A stretch of DNA of 63,795 nt, filler included, from Collodictyon triciliatum (lineage: Eukaryota): assembly GCA_043381765.1 (NCBI GenBank). It is 5 parts of 5 records of this genome, joined end to end, with 100 filler letters (N's around TTAATTAATTAA, not from the genome) between each part and the next. Parts side by side here need not be neighbours in the genome. Positions count along the whole stretch, not along the records: positions 1 to 14,479 come from JBHJMP010001812.1; 4 more parts are not named here. One strand, given 5' to 3'. Shown here one piece after another: positions 1-12,855 of this stretch (position 1 is the stretch's first letter; each line of letters opens with the position of its first letter). Under the pieces are notes generated by a model that saw nothing but the letters and a program-made list of their open reading frames with translations, ran no database searches and was not told the origin of the DNA. Both the position numbers and the translations under genes were made by a program.

Positions 1-45
<45 letters not shown>

Positions 46-245
46 ACGTTGAGCGAACTCGTTTTTTTGGTTATTTCACGTGCCTTCCTTTGAAGCGTTT
101 TGTGTGTAGGTTTCTTTTATAAGAGTTTACTTATTTTTTTTTTTACTTTGTAGTCAGTTGATCTAAAAACAAAGGAAAAAGTGTAAAAAAAGAAAACCCG
201 AAAAGAAAAAAACGAGTTGACATACAACAGATTCAAGCACCAAGC

Positions 246-3200
246 ATGGAGGCCGACAAAGTGGAGCAGCTCCTGAATCGCCTCCGCAACGTGGAGGAGC
301 GATGCAAAGCCATGGAACGTCTTTTCCTCGAGAAACTGGAACAGGTTCACAGCCTCCTTCTGCAACCACTGCAACCGCCGCAACCGCACTTTCATTCCAG
401 CAAACAACTCAACGCTGCTGCTTCGATGGCCTCCGATGATGTGCCGGTCTTCTGTTCGGAATCCGTGGCTGCCTCGTCGGTTCCTCCCGATGAGAATTGC
501 ATTCCTGTCGAGAGCGAGTGCAACAGAGCGCCGGATAGAGACAAAGCTGCGCCTGTTTCCAGGGAAGATATAATCGAAGTGCTTGATGACGAGAGTCCTG
601 CATGTGATAGGCATTCCAAGGAACCGATTATTGTGGAGGAGAAAGGCTTTCTACCATCTGATGCTGTCGAGGATGCGTTTGATGTGGCACAGATAATCGA
701 TGCAGACAGCCTCGATGGAAGATACGAATATGTTATGAACGGAGAGCGCGATGAGCAGGATGAGTGGGTCTCTTGTCTTTCTTTTCTTTCAACGTCCTTC
801 ATATTTCCCTTTTGTCAGCCCTTTTTCCCTTGATTATTCGATATATTTTCAACATTCATTAAGTTATTTGTTTCTGTGCATCTGTTTGCTGGTAATTTCG
901 ATTTTTATCACTTCAAAGATGTTTCTGTGCATTCGCACTTGTATTCAATCATATGACATGATTCCATTTCCCTCATTCACATACAGGAAAACTGTGATAT
1001 GGACAAATGATTCTGCTCCCTTGCAAGACACTGGGCTCCTGGAATCTCCTGTTTTACTCCCAGATTTATGTCACCACACGTTCTCCTTGGTGGGAGGAAT
1101 GCACATAGACGCCAACAATCACAAATCTGGGTCTTTGGTAGACTCTGACGATAACACCGCGGACGAAGACGCCTATTCTAGCCGAAAGAGACAACGAGCG
1201 GAATCAACTTCAAGAAATGTTGTTTATGCTTCTTATCCTGTCGAGACCTTGGGTGCATCTACCTATGGTGCAGACCCACTCCGTATACATCAGAGCCATA
1301 GGGCTGAGCATTTCATGAGTTCAGAATCATTACCAAATGTAAACTTGGGTGGCAGTAAAATCGATACCTCTCGTTTCTTTTATCCCTCTCAGGCATCCCC
1401 AATATTTAATTCACCTGCTCAGGTTTCAGAGTCTCAATATTTTCCCACTGAAAACCAGAATGCAAATGACCTCACTGGCCCTTTGTCAAATACATTATTG
1501 GGAAGTGATATGATTCGCTCGATGGTCGATCGAATCAATCCCAGTTCTGATGAGCCATCAAATCATCTGAATGGATTATCTACTGGAGACAAACTTGAAG
1601 AAGTCGGTACGGCGGAAAACAAAGAAACAGATATGCTTAATTATCCCACTTCCACGGCACCATTGGTTTTTTCTCAGGTTTTTTTTTTGTTTATTTTAAG
1701 CATCATTTTTATGCTCGTTTCTATTCTCTCAATAAATTGTCGAAAAGAAACCTCATATTTTATTTTTTTTTTAAAAAAAAAATCATCATCGGTATTACAA
1801 TTTTTTTTCTTTATTATTGTTATTGTTGTCCTTTCAGTGAGTCAGATTCCGAAGGATATACAAATATATTATACCCTTTGTAGATATCCAAAAACAATAT
1901 ATGGGACAATATCCCAAGAAAAATGAACAGCATACTAAACAGAAAACTGCAGGTAAAGTATCACTATTTTTTACATGATACAATCACAGAATTTTGCATT
2001 ATTCTGGTTTTATACGCCAAACATCACATAAGGTTTTTTTCTCTCTCTCTCTCTCTCTTTTTTTTTTTATCACTATATTAGTTTCTATTTAACCTTATTT
2101 TAACATAACCTATTTTAGAAAGCAGGTGTACTTTTTATGTATTCGATATTATCTGAGAATGAAAAATGTGGAATATTGTTGAATGATCCTTTTGGGTCAG
2201 GAAAAAAACTGCAGGTTTTGGCATTGCTGCATCTGATTCATCGAAAAAACACGGCAAGTTATTGTCCCTATACAAAAAAATAATGCAAACTTAGATTCGA
2301 ATACTGTACAACTAGTCATAAGTCCATACTCAATTTATTTCGTCGATATATAGAAGGCAAAGTACTTACTGATATGCCCAATTCACACCCAAGCAAATTG
2401 GAGATATGAATTCAAAAACTGTGAACCTTTTCCGAATCTTTACATCGAAATCGACTGGAAGAGTGAGATTGAAGGGGTAGTTTCCTTTTCATGGAGAAAG
2501 ATGAAGCCCTTATCTCATTTACTACAAAATTATTACACGATGTCATATATATTTTTTTATAATCTGATGGTATGTAGGCTGTATCCATAGCCAAGTGGCA
2601 CCAGTTAGGAGGCTTATTGATAATATCACCAGAATCATTTGTGCATAAAAGTCAAGAACAATACAAATCGCCTACTTTTGGCATTACTCCTGATATTGTT
2701 ATAATTTCGGACGCCCATGAAATAAGCCACGGGGTATTTTTCAGATTAAATAGCTGTGTGTTTTTTTTTTTTTTATCATAGTATATCCAAAGTCCCAAGT
2801 TTGCTGCTTTTTTTTTTTTTAAAATGCAGACTTGACTTTATACTTAGTCGACTGTTTTGCATGTTCTCGAGAAATTGGGCGCTATGAAGCGGATTGCTCT
2901 CACTGGCCATCCCATCCTTCAATCCATCCACCTTCACTGGCACTTGGTACTTTTTTTTTTCCACTTTAAAATAGGTATGTAATGGAATAGATACTCTGAC
3001 ATAGCTAATAGTTGTCTTTTTTCAACCTAGATCAATTTTATTCTACCAACACTTCTTGGTTCCTACGAAGAATTCCAATTGATTTATGAAACGCCCATAT
3101 TACGAGGTCAGCGCTCGCAAGCATCCATCTATGCAAAAACCTCATCAAAAACTTTACAAGCTATTCTGCGAATGGAGATAGGAAAAAATATCCTTAGGTA

Positions 3201-6068
3201 GTCTCCGAGCTTTGTAACTTGATTTTTTTTATTATTATTAAAAAAATGACATATTTATGATTAAATATAAACGATTCCTTCATAATATTATACCAGAGTA
3301 ATACGCTGTTTTTTTTTTCTCTGTCCCCCTTCATGACTTTATTTATATTCATATGAAAAATGTAGGAGAAAACTGGAGATATTATGGCCCGAAAGACCTT
3401 TATTTCGGCAAACAATTTTGAAGTTTCCTCTATCCCATGCACAAAGATTAATGTACAAGAAACTACTCACAGTCCGTTCATGGGGACCCAAAGATATCCT
3501 GTACTTCTCGCGCTTGGCTATTTTACTATGCAATGGACTAGAACCTTTTCTAAAGTATGCGGTGGAGAGAAATTCTGGTTCAGATGTTGTAAGGAACACA
3601 CCATCATATGATTAGTTAAAAATTAATTTTCATGAATTTTTGAGATCCAGTTCTAGCGCTCCAAATTTTTTTTTTTTGGGTTTCCTAACTTCTATGTAAT
3701 ATAGTTTGGGAAACGATGCCTGTCCTTGGAAAGCTCGTTGTTTCATTTGACCCAAACTCGAGTTTTATTAGATTGGGCGGCACCATACGGTTCGTCATAG
3801 CTTATCTATACAACATTTAGAATGCACCGATAATTCTATGGATTTCACATGTCCAATATCTGAAATCGAGATTAGGCGCTTTAAATATCCGTCGTAACTC
3901 CAAATCTTGAAAACTTGAGCTGTTCCTTTACTCTCATTTTCTTTCCAGAGTAATTCATACCAATTTATTCAGCATCTTCAATCCAGCAAACGATACGGAG
4001 CAATAAATTAATTGCCTTGCAGTATATAACTGACACCGTGCTGCAGAAAGGGTCACATATCGTAATAATGTCGCAAAGTCACTACACATTAGGTATCTGA
4101 ACAATATTTAATGGTATCAGTGAAATTGATTCTCGTTGGTTTTGCTCTTCAGTGTATTAGGTTTTTGATTTGACCTTAGCAGCTACATTATTTTTAACAA
4201 TCGGCCATCCATTTTTAATTGAATTATTTCGTATTCTTTTAGACTCTATTAGCGATCATCTGGCATCAAAAGACCGAAGGAGAGAGATAGAGAAACGCTT
4301 ATATCGAATCGACGGTTTGACTAGTGCCGAGGAGCGAGCGGATATTTTGAACACTCTAAGTCGACAAGAGAGACCTTCCATCCTTCTTGTTTTGACGAAG
4401 GTATGTCCCAATTTGTAGTCATTGTAAACTTTTTAATTGCATATTATTTTTAAGCTTCTACGTGATATTTATTACATAAAATATGACATGACAGTATATT
4501 CCATTCAACATAAAAGTATTATATCACACCAGGCATCTGCTGGATTGACATTAAGTCACGCTGACCGCCTGGTTTTATTTGATTCTGAAATTAATCCAGC
4601 ATACAACATTCAAGCAATGGCCCAAGTATTATCTCTTTCCTGTCTTACATTCAATGATGATTAAGCCACAGATGCTAAAACATAATTACACATATAAAAA
4701 AAAGGAGTTAATATGGATATTTCAGACTCAATTTAAAATTATGCATAAATAGGTTTACCGTTTAAAAATGACAAACAATACTACTGTCTATCGATTTGTT
4801 TCCACGGAGACTGTGGAAGAATATCTTTTTGGACTATCAAGTGATGGACTGATTCCGTCATGGTATGTGCCCAGCCTTGCTTAATTATTTTCGATTAATA
4901 GTTGATTACAGTGTTTTTAACTGGCCAACCAGGTCAATAACAATGCATATCAATTTCTAATGATCATCAGTGATTGTTTAATGTATTTTTCTTCTGTAAA
5001 AAAAGGATGCTGTTGGATGAAAAGCGCGTAAGTGAGGAGTTTACAGAAAAAATGATGGCCGAAGCGCTAGTTTGCCCGTCTGAATATGCACAAAAGCCAA
5101 CTTATCAAAAACCCCATTACGAAGCCATCAGCAAAGATGCAGTACTGAAGTCAATTATGCGCGAGTAAGCAATACATACGCATCTCGTTCATATGTATTC
5201 ATCTTGATCAATAGGAGTTCTTTCCTTCCAGATGATGTGGCTTCGAGATTTTATTCATTTAGTCTTTCTCTACTGTGCTCATCTCTTACAACACTCCGTC
5301 TATCTATGAAGGTTAGAAAAGCAGATATTGGCCCAGATATACTCTGTGGCCAATTTCCCAAATTACGAAGACATACCAAGCATTACTTCGGAGGACCTTC
5401 GTGAGACCATCTCGCAAATAGAGCAGAAGAGAAGAGCCATCCGAGGTGTTTCCTACAAAATCGATGTAAAAGCTGAGGATTGGGAAGCTCAGTTTCCTGT
5501 AGGAACCCATGCCAACCCGATGCACACAGCACCAACAAACAACGCCGCAACATCCTACGAAAAAAGCGCGAGCCGAGGCCACAAGCACAGGCCTTTAGGA
5601 GATATTGGAATGCCCCCATCATCGTCGACATCTGCACTCACATCGTCGTCTATTCCCACCAGCCAAAGTGCTCTTCGGTCAAACCAAGCGATAGGCTTGA
5701 GACAGACAGATCCATTCCCCACGGTTTCGCTTGTTCCGCCTCTCCGAGGAATCTCGAGCCCTGCAGCCCAGAAAATAGCACAGGAGCGCTTCAACACGAA
5801 TTCGCGGGTCAAGGGACTAATAAGCCACCCTGAGACATCGCTTCATGGACGCCACAACTTTGTAGATGCCGTGGTTGCGGCTGCTGCTGGTTACAATACA
5901 ACTCCAGAGACTAGCCTCCAGACCCTGCAGCAGCCGAGTCCGCTGGTCTCTTCTCAAGGTAACTCGTTCTATGGGACAAAAGAAAGACAGCTATTAAATG
6001 ACACAAAGTCGATAAGTGGCAAGAGAAGAAGAGGCGGCGAACTCAGTCCGCGAAGAGAGCGTCGTTGA
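246..6068 (+). CDS. SNF2/SWI2-family (ATRX/RAD54L2-like) helicase-fold protein, multi-exon, catalytic motifs degenerate
   Basis: Manual splicing (GT-AG plus one GC-AG) gives SNF2 landmarks in order: CGILLNDPFGSGKKLQVLALL (I), LLICPIHTQANWRYEF (Ia), PDIVIISDAH (II), RIALTGHP (III), INFILPTLLGSYEEFQLIYETPILRGQ, SNKLIAL..HIVIMSQ (IV), YRIDGLTSAEERADIL, ASAGLTLSHADRLVLFDSEINPAYNIQAMAQVYR (V/VI), TVYRFVSTETVEE. Confidence 0.85.
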
Positions 6069-6862
6069 TTGGTGTTCTCATCACATTTCTCTTTTTTGGT
6101 TATCTCATTCATCAGCCCACGATAACATACTCTTGATATCCTCATTCTTCATATTATCCGTCTTAGCAGTTTGAATCCTAGCATTTTTTTCTCTTCAAAT
6201 TTCTTTCTGGGATAGTTTTCGCTCGGACATGCGTTCGGGCATTATCCTCCATGTGTTCATGGGATTACACATCCTGTGCATCCATGCCTTTCAGCCATTG
6301 AATTTGGCAGATGTTCTCCCATTATTTGAAATTAAGTGAATGAATAAAGATATATTTCATACCTTTGCATGGTCAATCCTACGAGTCTTTCTCTCTCTCT
6401 CTCTCTCTCCCTTTGTTTGTCATCTCCTTGGCTGGGAAGTGGAGGTGCCAGGCGCCTGCGTTCATGACATTCCGGGATACGCCTTCTTGTTCATGTATTC
6501 GGCCGGATGAAATGTCTTCTTCCAATTCCGGTTGCGATTTTGCCGAAACAAAGCCGAGGCGAAAACAAGCGAATCCAGCAAATGGCCACACATAAACAAA
6601 TCAGCCAACACTGCGCAAGATTGTGGGGTTCACCTGAAAGGCAAAGAGGCCTTTTTCCCTTTTCTTTTTCCTTTTTTCTTTTTATTAGTTTGTTTTATTT
6701 ATCGCGCCCCACCTTCTTTTGTTGTTTTATTTTGTTCGACATGTATTCGCCACGAATCGCCATCGTGTGGAGCCATACTCTTCAACCGAAGCATAAGCGA
6801 TGCTGTCTGCCTTTCTCATACGCAGATTCCTCGGCCTCTTCCCGGCCCACTGGACAAGTCTG

Positions 6863-9800
6863 ATGCCTCCCAAACGCGGNNNNNNNNNNNNNNNNNNNNN
6901 NNNNNNNNNNNNNNNNNNNNNNNNNNNNNNNNNNNNNNNNNNNNNNNNNNNNNNNNNNNNNNNNNNNNNNNNNNNNNNNNNNNNNNNNNNNNNNNNNNNN
7001 NNNNNNNNNNNNNNNNNNNNNNNNNNNNNNNNNNNNNNNNNNNNNNNNNNNNNNNNNNNNNNNNNNNNNNNNNNNNNNNNNNNNNNNNNNNNNNNNNNNN
7101 NNNNNNNNNNNNNNNNNNNNNNNNNNNNNNNNNNNNNNNNNNNNNNNNNNNNNNNNNNNNNNNNNNNNNNNNNNNNNNNNNNNNNNNNNNNNNNNNNNNN
7201 NNNNNNNNNNNNNNNNNNNNNNNNNNNNNNNNNNNNNNNNNNNNNNNNNNNNNNNNNNNNNNNNNNNNNNNNNNNNNNNNNNNNNNNNNNNNNNNNNNNN
7301 NNNNNNNNNNNNNNNNNNNNNNNNNNNNNNNNNNNNNNNNNNNNNNNNNNNNNNNNNNNNNNNNNNNNNNNNNNNNNNNNNNNNNNNNNNNNNNNNNNNN
7401 NNNNNNNNNNNNNNNNNNNNNNNNNNNNNNNNNNNNNNNNNNNNNNNNNNNNNNNNNNNNNNNNNNNNNNNNNNNNNNNNNNNNNNNNNNNNNNNNNNNN
7501 NNNNNNNNNNNNNNNNNNNNNNNNNNNNNNNNNNNNNNNNNNNNNNNNNNNNNNNNNNAGAAATAGTCGACGAAGCGGATGAAAGGCCACAAAAATCCAC
7601 TACTAAGAGAGCAGCCATCGCCAAATCCTTGTCTGTGTGGACGCAGCATAAGACCTGCCTCATCCGAAGCGGCGGTGTGGAGTCATCTGCTGTGGTTTAC
7701 GGCTTTGACATGGTTTGTTTTCGTCATATAACATTTCATAATATGGAACCCTGCCTCTGGCCAGATATGATTCCAACTTTGTTGTGGTTTGTAGCGCTCA
7801 TGGATGTTATCATTAGGACGACACGCTCATCAAGACGAAGAGCGGTGAGAAGTTCCCAAAGTCCGCAGATGATTGGGTCTTTTGGGACAAATCCGTATGA
7901 ACTATGCCTCTTTCTCTTTTGAAATCATCCCTTTCAAATACTCTATTGTTATTCCTATTAATGCATATGGAGATTCTTATCACCTACATCTGGTGGGCTC
8001 AGGTCCCAGAGAAGCTGCAAAAGCTTAGCCTAACAGGGTATGAAGCCTAATAGAAATGTTACACCATACAACATACACCAGAGATAATTTGATTGTCAAT
8101 TTTTCATGTTACTTTGTGCATGTAATACCTTTTGTTTGTTTTGTTTGTGGACACATGCATTAACGCCGATGCTTCAATAAGTGCAAAATTGGTCATCTTC
8201 ACCAACCAAGCGGGCATCTCCAAGGGCCACGTAGATGCGGAGGTGCTTAAGACAAAGATTGCCGCCATCATCGATGCTGTAAGGGACATATAGTTATCCA
8301 AACATGTGCATGTGATTCATACCTGCACGGCTTTTTCTACTTTTTCCAGAAAAAGCGTGTTTGTTTATAATGCGTTACGAAGCCGTGATTCTCGTGCACA
8401 CAGATTGGCGTGCCTATTCAAGTATTTATGTCCACAAAAGACGATACGTTCCGCAAACCAAGCACGGAAATGTGGGACTTGATGGCCCTTATGTACAACG
8501 GGTCCATTGACATCGGTAATACATGATATATTGGATTGTCATTCGGAAGGATAATTGCGATGATGGTGACCACTTTGCTATTGACGGACACGATGCCTTC
8601 TAAACTGTCTTCCTTCCTCAAACAGACCTATCCAAGTCATTCTATGTTGGAGACGCAGCAGGGCGCAACAGTAACTGGGTACCAGGCAAGCCGAAGGACT
8701 TTTCGTGCAGCGACCGGTCTTTCTTTGCTTCATTCCTTCTCAAACCACTTTTTATTCTTTATATTTACTTTCTTTCCCATTTTTCCAGTGTATTCTACCT
8801 CTCCACCATTTTATAACATCACGTCGTTTTCGCGTGATATATCAGAAAGTTTGCGCACAATATCGGAGTCAAATTTGCGACACCCGATGAGTTTTTCCTG
8901 GAGCTCAAGGCCCCCCCGTTCAATTGGGGCTCGATCAATCCAGAGACTGTGAAATCTGGTCTGATGGAATCTCATAACTTTGTCCCAACCACCATGTGCT
9001 CTTAATTCTTTTCACCATTCTTTTCATCATTCTTTTCACAATTCTTTTCATCATTCTTTTCACCATTCTTTTCACCATTCTTTTCACCATTCTTTTCATC
9101 ATTCTTTTCATCATTCTTTTCATCATTCTTGTCACCATTCTTTTCATCATTCTTGTCACCATTCTATTCACCATTCTATTCATCATTCTTGTCGCCATTC
9201 TTTTCATCATTCTTTTCATCATTCTTTTCACCATTCTTTTCATCATTCTATTCATCATTTTTTTCATCATTCTATTCATCATTTTTTTCATCATTCTTTT
9301 CACCATTCTATTCACCATTCTTTTCATCATTCTTGTCACCATTCTTTTCATCATTCTTTTCACCATTCTATTCACCATTCTTTTCATCATTCTTGTCGCC
9401 ATTCTTTTCATCATTCTTGTCACCATTCTTTTCATCATTCTTGTCACCATTCTTTTCATCATTCTTGTCACCATTCTATTCATCATTCTTTTCATCATTC
9501 TTTTCACCATTCTTTTCATCATTCTTGTCGCCATTCTTTTCATCATTCTATTCACCATTCTATTCATCATTCTTTTCACCATTCTTTTCATCATTTTTTT
9601 CATCATTCCGTTCATCTGACCATCTGCCCAAACACCCAAACCAGACAAGCCGCTCTTCACACCCAGCACACCGCCCCTTGTGTCTGCGAAAAAAGAGGTT
9701 AGCATTTCCCTGCCTTGTGCCTTTTCCTTGTGTGTTCGTTGTGTGTGACCCGCTTTTCGCTGCCGTAGCTGATCCTCCTTGTCGGGCCACCAGCCAGCGG

Positions 9801-10647
9801 GAAAAGCACGTTCTGCAAGAGACATTTGATTCCGCGCGGATACTTCCATGTCAATCGGGTGCTTTTCTTTTTCCCCTTCTCTTTCCTTTTTTTCTTTTAC
9901 TTTTACTCGGACAGGCGTTGCACATGCTCGCGATGAATATGTATCATGATCTATTTCCTTCTTATATGTGTTACTGCAAACAGGACACCCTCAAGACAAA
10001 AGAGAAGTGCCTGGCAGCCTGTAAAGATGCCCTCGAGCAGGGCTATAAGGTGAGAGCGCGCAGTTGTTTCCCGATCATCACAATCACCATCATCATCACC
10101 ATCATCATCACCACTCGCAGGTGGTCGTGGACAACACAAACCCCGATGCGGCCACACGCAGCGAATACATAAACCTCGCCAAGCTGCACAAGGTGCCCAT
10201 CCGCTGCTTCGTCATGACAACGTCGCGAGAGTTAGCGGATCACCTCAACATTTTCCGCGAGGTATGTTGACTCGTCCTTCTCCCATCATCTAAAAAAAAA
10301 AACACACACAACATAAAACAAAAATATATTAACAAAAATCAAACAAAAATATAAACATAAACATAGAAATTGACCAAAGGCGACTCTCCGCGCATCCCAA
10401 AGATTGCCGTGGTACGTGTCTTTTTCTCGACCTCGTGTCTGTGAATGGAGATTTTCTAATTCTGTGGAAGTATCGACCGACTCACTCACTCACTTTCTGA
10501 CTCACTCGTGCCCATCCAAAGAACGTGTTCAAGGGCAAGTACCAGGAGCCTACTGCGGCAGAGGGCTTCGCAGAGATCAAGAAGATCAACTTTGTGCCGA
10601 AGTTTGACTCCGAGGCCGACAGGAAGCTCTTCCTGCAGTTTACTTAG
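6863..10647 (+). CDS. PNKP: Bifunctional polynucleotide 3'-phosphatase/5'-kinase; 5' part interrupted by an N gap
   Basis: Spliced product has HAD motif [54 protein letters not shown], kinase P-loop [28 protein letters not shown]; stop TAG 10645-10647. Start ATG (MPPKR) just before the gap is tentative. Confidence 0.93.
6880..7558. other. Intra-scaffold assembly gap (N run)
   Basis: Run of n. Confidence 0.99.
9005..9610. repeat. 12-bp minisatellite (CATTCTTTTCAY with TGT/TAT variants), about 50 copies, inside a PNKP intron (8959-9644)
   Basis: Directly visible tandem array; produces the spurious HHSF/ILFI/MMKR ORFs. Confidence 0.95.
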
Positions 10648-11330
10648 TCTGCCGAGTTGCGGCTCCTCCGATCGACAGTCGTAAACCACCCAGTTTTCCC
10701 TGCCTGATTATCCCTTCGTCTCCCTGTCATCAAATGCATATCGCGCATGTGTGTGTCTGTATGTTTCATGGCTTACTCGCGGCTGACTTGGGCTTTGCCT
10801 TCTGTCATGGAGCAGGCTCGAGAGTGCGTGGGTTTGAGGAAAAAAAGAGTTTGCTTTACTGTTTTCTTGGCCGCAGGGGAAACGGAAGCAGCAGCGAAAG
10901 AGTGGCGTTTCTCCTCTGCTTGCGCGTTGGAAGAGAATATACAAAGTAAATTAAGGAGGACAATGAATGGAAAAATAAGAGAGGAGGGCATTAACGAGCA
11001 AATGGGAAAAAGCGCGTTGACGGCTGCTGTGAAGATGCTTTTGTCGAAGCCTAGTCCGCCGACATAGATTCATCCAGAAAGCCTCAATCGCGCGGGCGCG
11101 ACACAAGGAAAGTCGGCCGGTCCAGAATTACACGTCCACTTGATCTTTTGGATATGATGATAATGAGAACTGGAACAGTATACAGATGTGAATATAAAGC
11201 AACAGAAACATCGCCATACATATACAGAGCCCGAGAATAGCGAGAAAGAAAGAGAAAGAAGGAAGGAAGGAAGGAGAGAGAGAGCTGCCGAGGTTCAGAG
11301 CGGTTGCAAACATGGCGCCACAGACAGACC

Positions 11331-11603
11331 TTAGAACATATCGGTACAGACAGACAACGCCCGCGGCCTGGTTGCAGGACACAGCCCTCTGCGTGCAGCA
11401 GAGTCCGGGTGATCGTCGTCGACAACCCAGAAGACGCGGAGCAAGCAGATTCTTTGCGGCGCGAGATTCTTGACGCGTTTGGCGCAGTGCGCAGCGGCAT
11501 AATCGCAAAGGAGCGAGACCGAGAGCGAGACCGAGGCAGAGGCATTGGCATTCTGCGTCTGGGACGGTGTGTCGGGCAGGCGTTTGCGGGTGGGCTGCTC
11601 CAT
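11331..11603 (-). CDS. Small hypothetical protein (MEQPTRKRLPDTPSQ...)
   Basis: GC-rich ATG-initiated ORF with protein-like composition; no recognised domain. Confidence 0.3.
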   Translation of the reverse strand: MEQPTRKRLPDTPSQTQNANASASVSLSVSLLCDYAAAHCAKRVKNLAPQRICLLRVFWVVDDDHPDSAARRGLCPATRPRALSVCTDMF

Positions 11604-11997
11604 GTTGCTGTCGGCAGAGGGCTGCGAACCTGTGCAGTGTTTTGCTTTGCGTCAGAACCGTGTACTCTTGCCACAGGTACGGCTTCCCGGAGTGCGCGCC
11701 AGGCTTTGCTTGCGGTTCAATGTTGCAGATGATGGCGTTGAGGTTCATATATGATGCTTTCTAATAGAAAAAGAAAAAGAAAAAGAAAAAGAAAAAGAAA
11801 AAGAGAAAGTGGAATACGTGACTCCCCTCATCAAACAGACGAGCAGAGCAAAAAGGACGAGAGGTGAATGTAATCTACCAACGCTCTCAGAAGAATCCCT
11901 CGCCCAGTTTGAACTGATTCAAGTGTTGTGTTGCCTGCTGATTTATTTGTGCAAATCAAAGCGATCGAATAGACTGATTTTCTCCAAAAAAGGATAG

Positions 11998-12087
11998 GAA
12001 GGTTCTAGATGCAATCTGTATCCTTGTAAAGATATAGTATCGAAATTGCGTTCCTTCCAGAAGGTTCCGGGCGATTCCAGAAGGCTC
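11998..12087. promoter_or_regulatory. Cluster of heat-shock-element-like nGAAn inverted arrays
   Basis: TTCcaGAAggTTC at 12055-12067 (perfect 3 units), TTCcaGAAggCTC at 12075-12087, GAAggTTCtaGAT at 11998-12010. Confidence 0.4.
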
Positions 12088-12663
12088 TGCTCCGCGGCCG
12101 TTGAGCTAAACAAATGCGGAAATTATTTTTTATTGTTATTGACATGTGTGCTTTGAATTTCGCGGGCTAAATCCGTGTGAAGCTGTATATGCGGATCAGC
12201 AGCATTCGGTGCGAGCTAACAATCAGGGCGGGTTCGGCCTGCGTCGTGACGAGCTGTGGAGAGAGGCAGAGTTGAATAGTTTTCTCCCTCTTTTCTGGTT
12301 TTTTATTTTAAAAAAAGTTATCGAAACAAAACAAAGCCAAACTAAATATGATTTTCTGTTCAAGGTTTGTCGCACCCTTGTGATGAAGCGTATCTGCTCA
12401 AATATTTCGTTGCGCACATGGTCGGGGATGATGGCGCTGGAATCAGAATGCCCAGTAAATCATAAAAATTCATACGTTAGATGTTAAAACGGATGCACGG
12501 CAGGGTGCGAATCAAAACAGTACGAGACAAAGGCAAGATGCATACTTTTGATACAGAGCCTTTGTGTACAGCTCGAGGTCACTGGATGACGCGGCCCAGT
12601 TGTCAGCCAGAAAATGAAACTCAGCATTCCTCAGGCGCTGGGCACATGAAAAGGTGATGATAT

Positions 12664-12777
12664 AATAATAACAACAATAATAACAACAATAATAACAACA
12701 ATAATAACAACAATAATAACAACAATAATAACAACAATAATAACAACAATAATAACAACAATAATAACAACAATAAT
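12664..12777. repeat. (AATAATAACAAC)n microsatellite
   Basis: Visible tandem repeat. Confidence 0.95.
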
Positions 12778-12855
12778 TTGAAATAAAATAAGTCTATTAG
12801 CAAAAGGTTCTGATTCGAATATTCCCTTTCTTTGTGCCTTAGATTATTGAATGAA

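Noticed and set aside
9005-9610. CRISPR-like array
   Set aside because: Contiguous 12-bp units with no unique spacers, eukaryotic context, no cas genes
10064-10120. Poly-His N-terminus in ORF 10064
   Set aside because: Lies within a PNKP intron (CAT/CAC microsatellite)
8935-10172. Long ORFs of HHSF, ILFI, SSFF and MMKR repeats
   Set aside because: Translations of an intronic 12-bp minisatellite; PNKP exons splice cleanly around it
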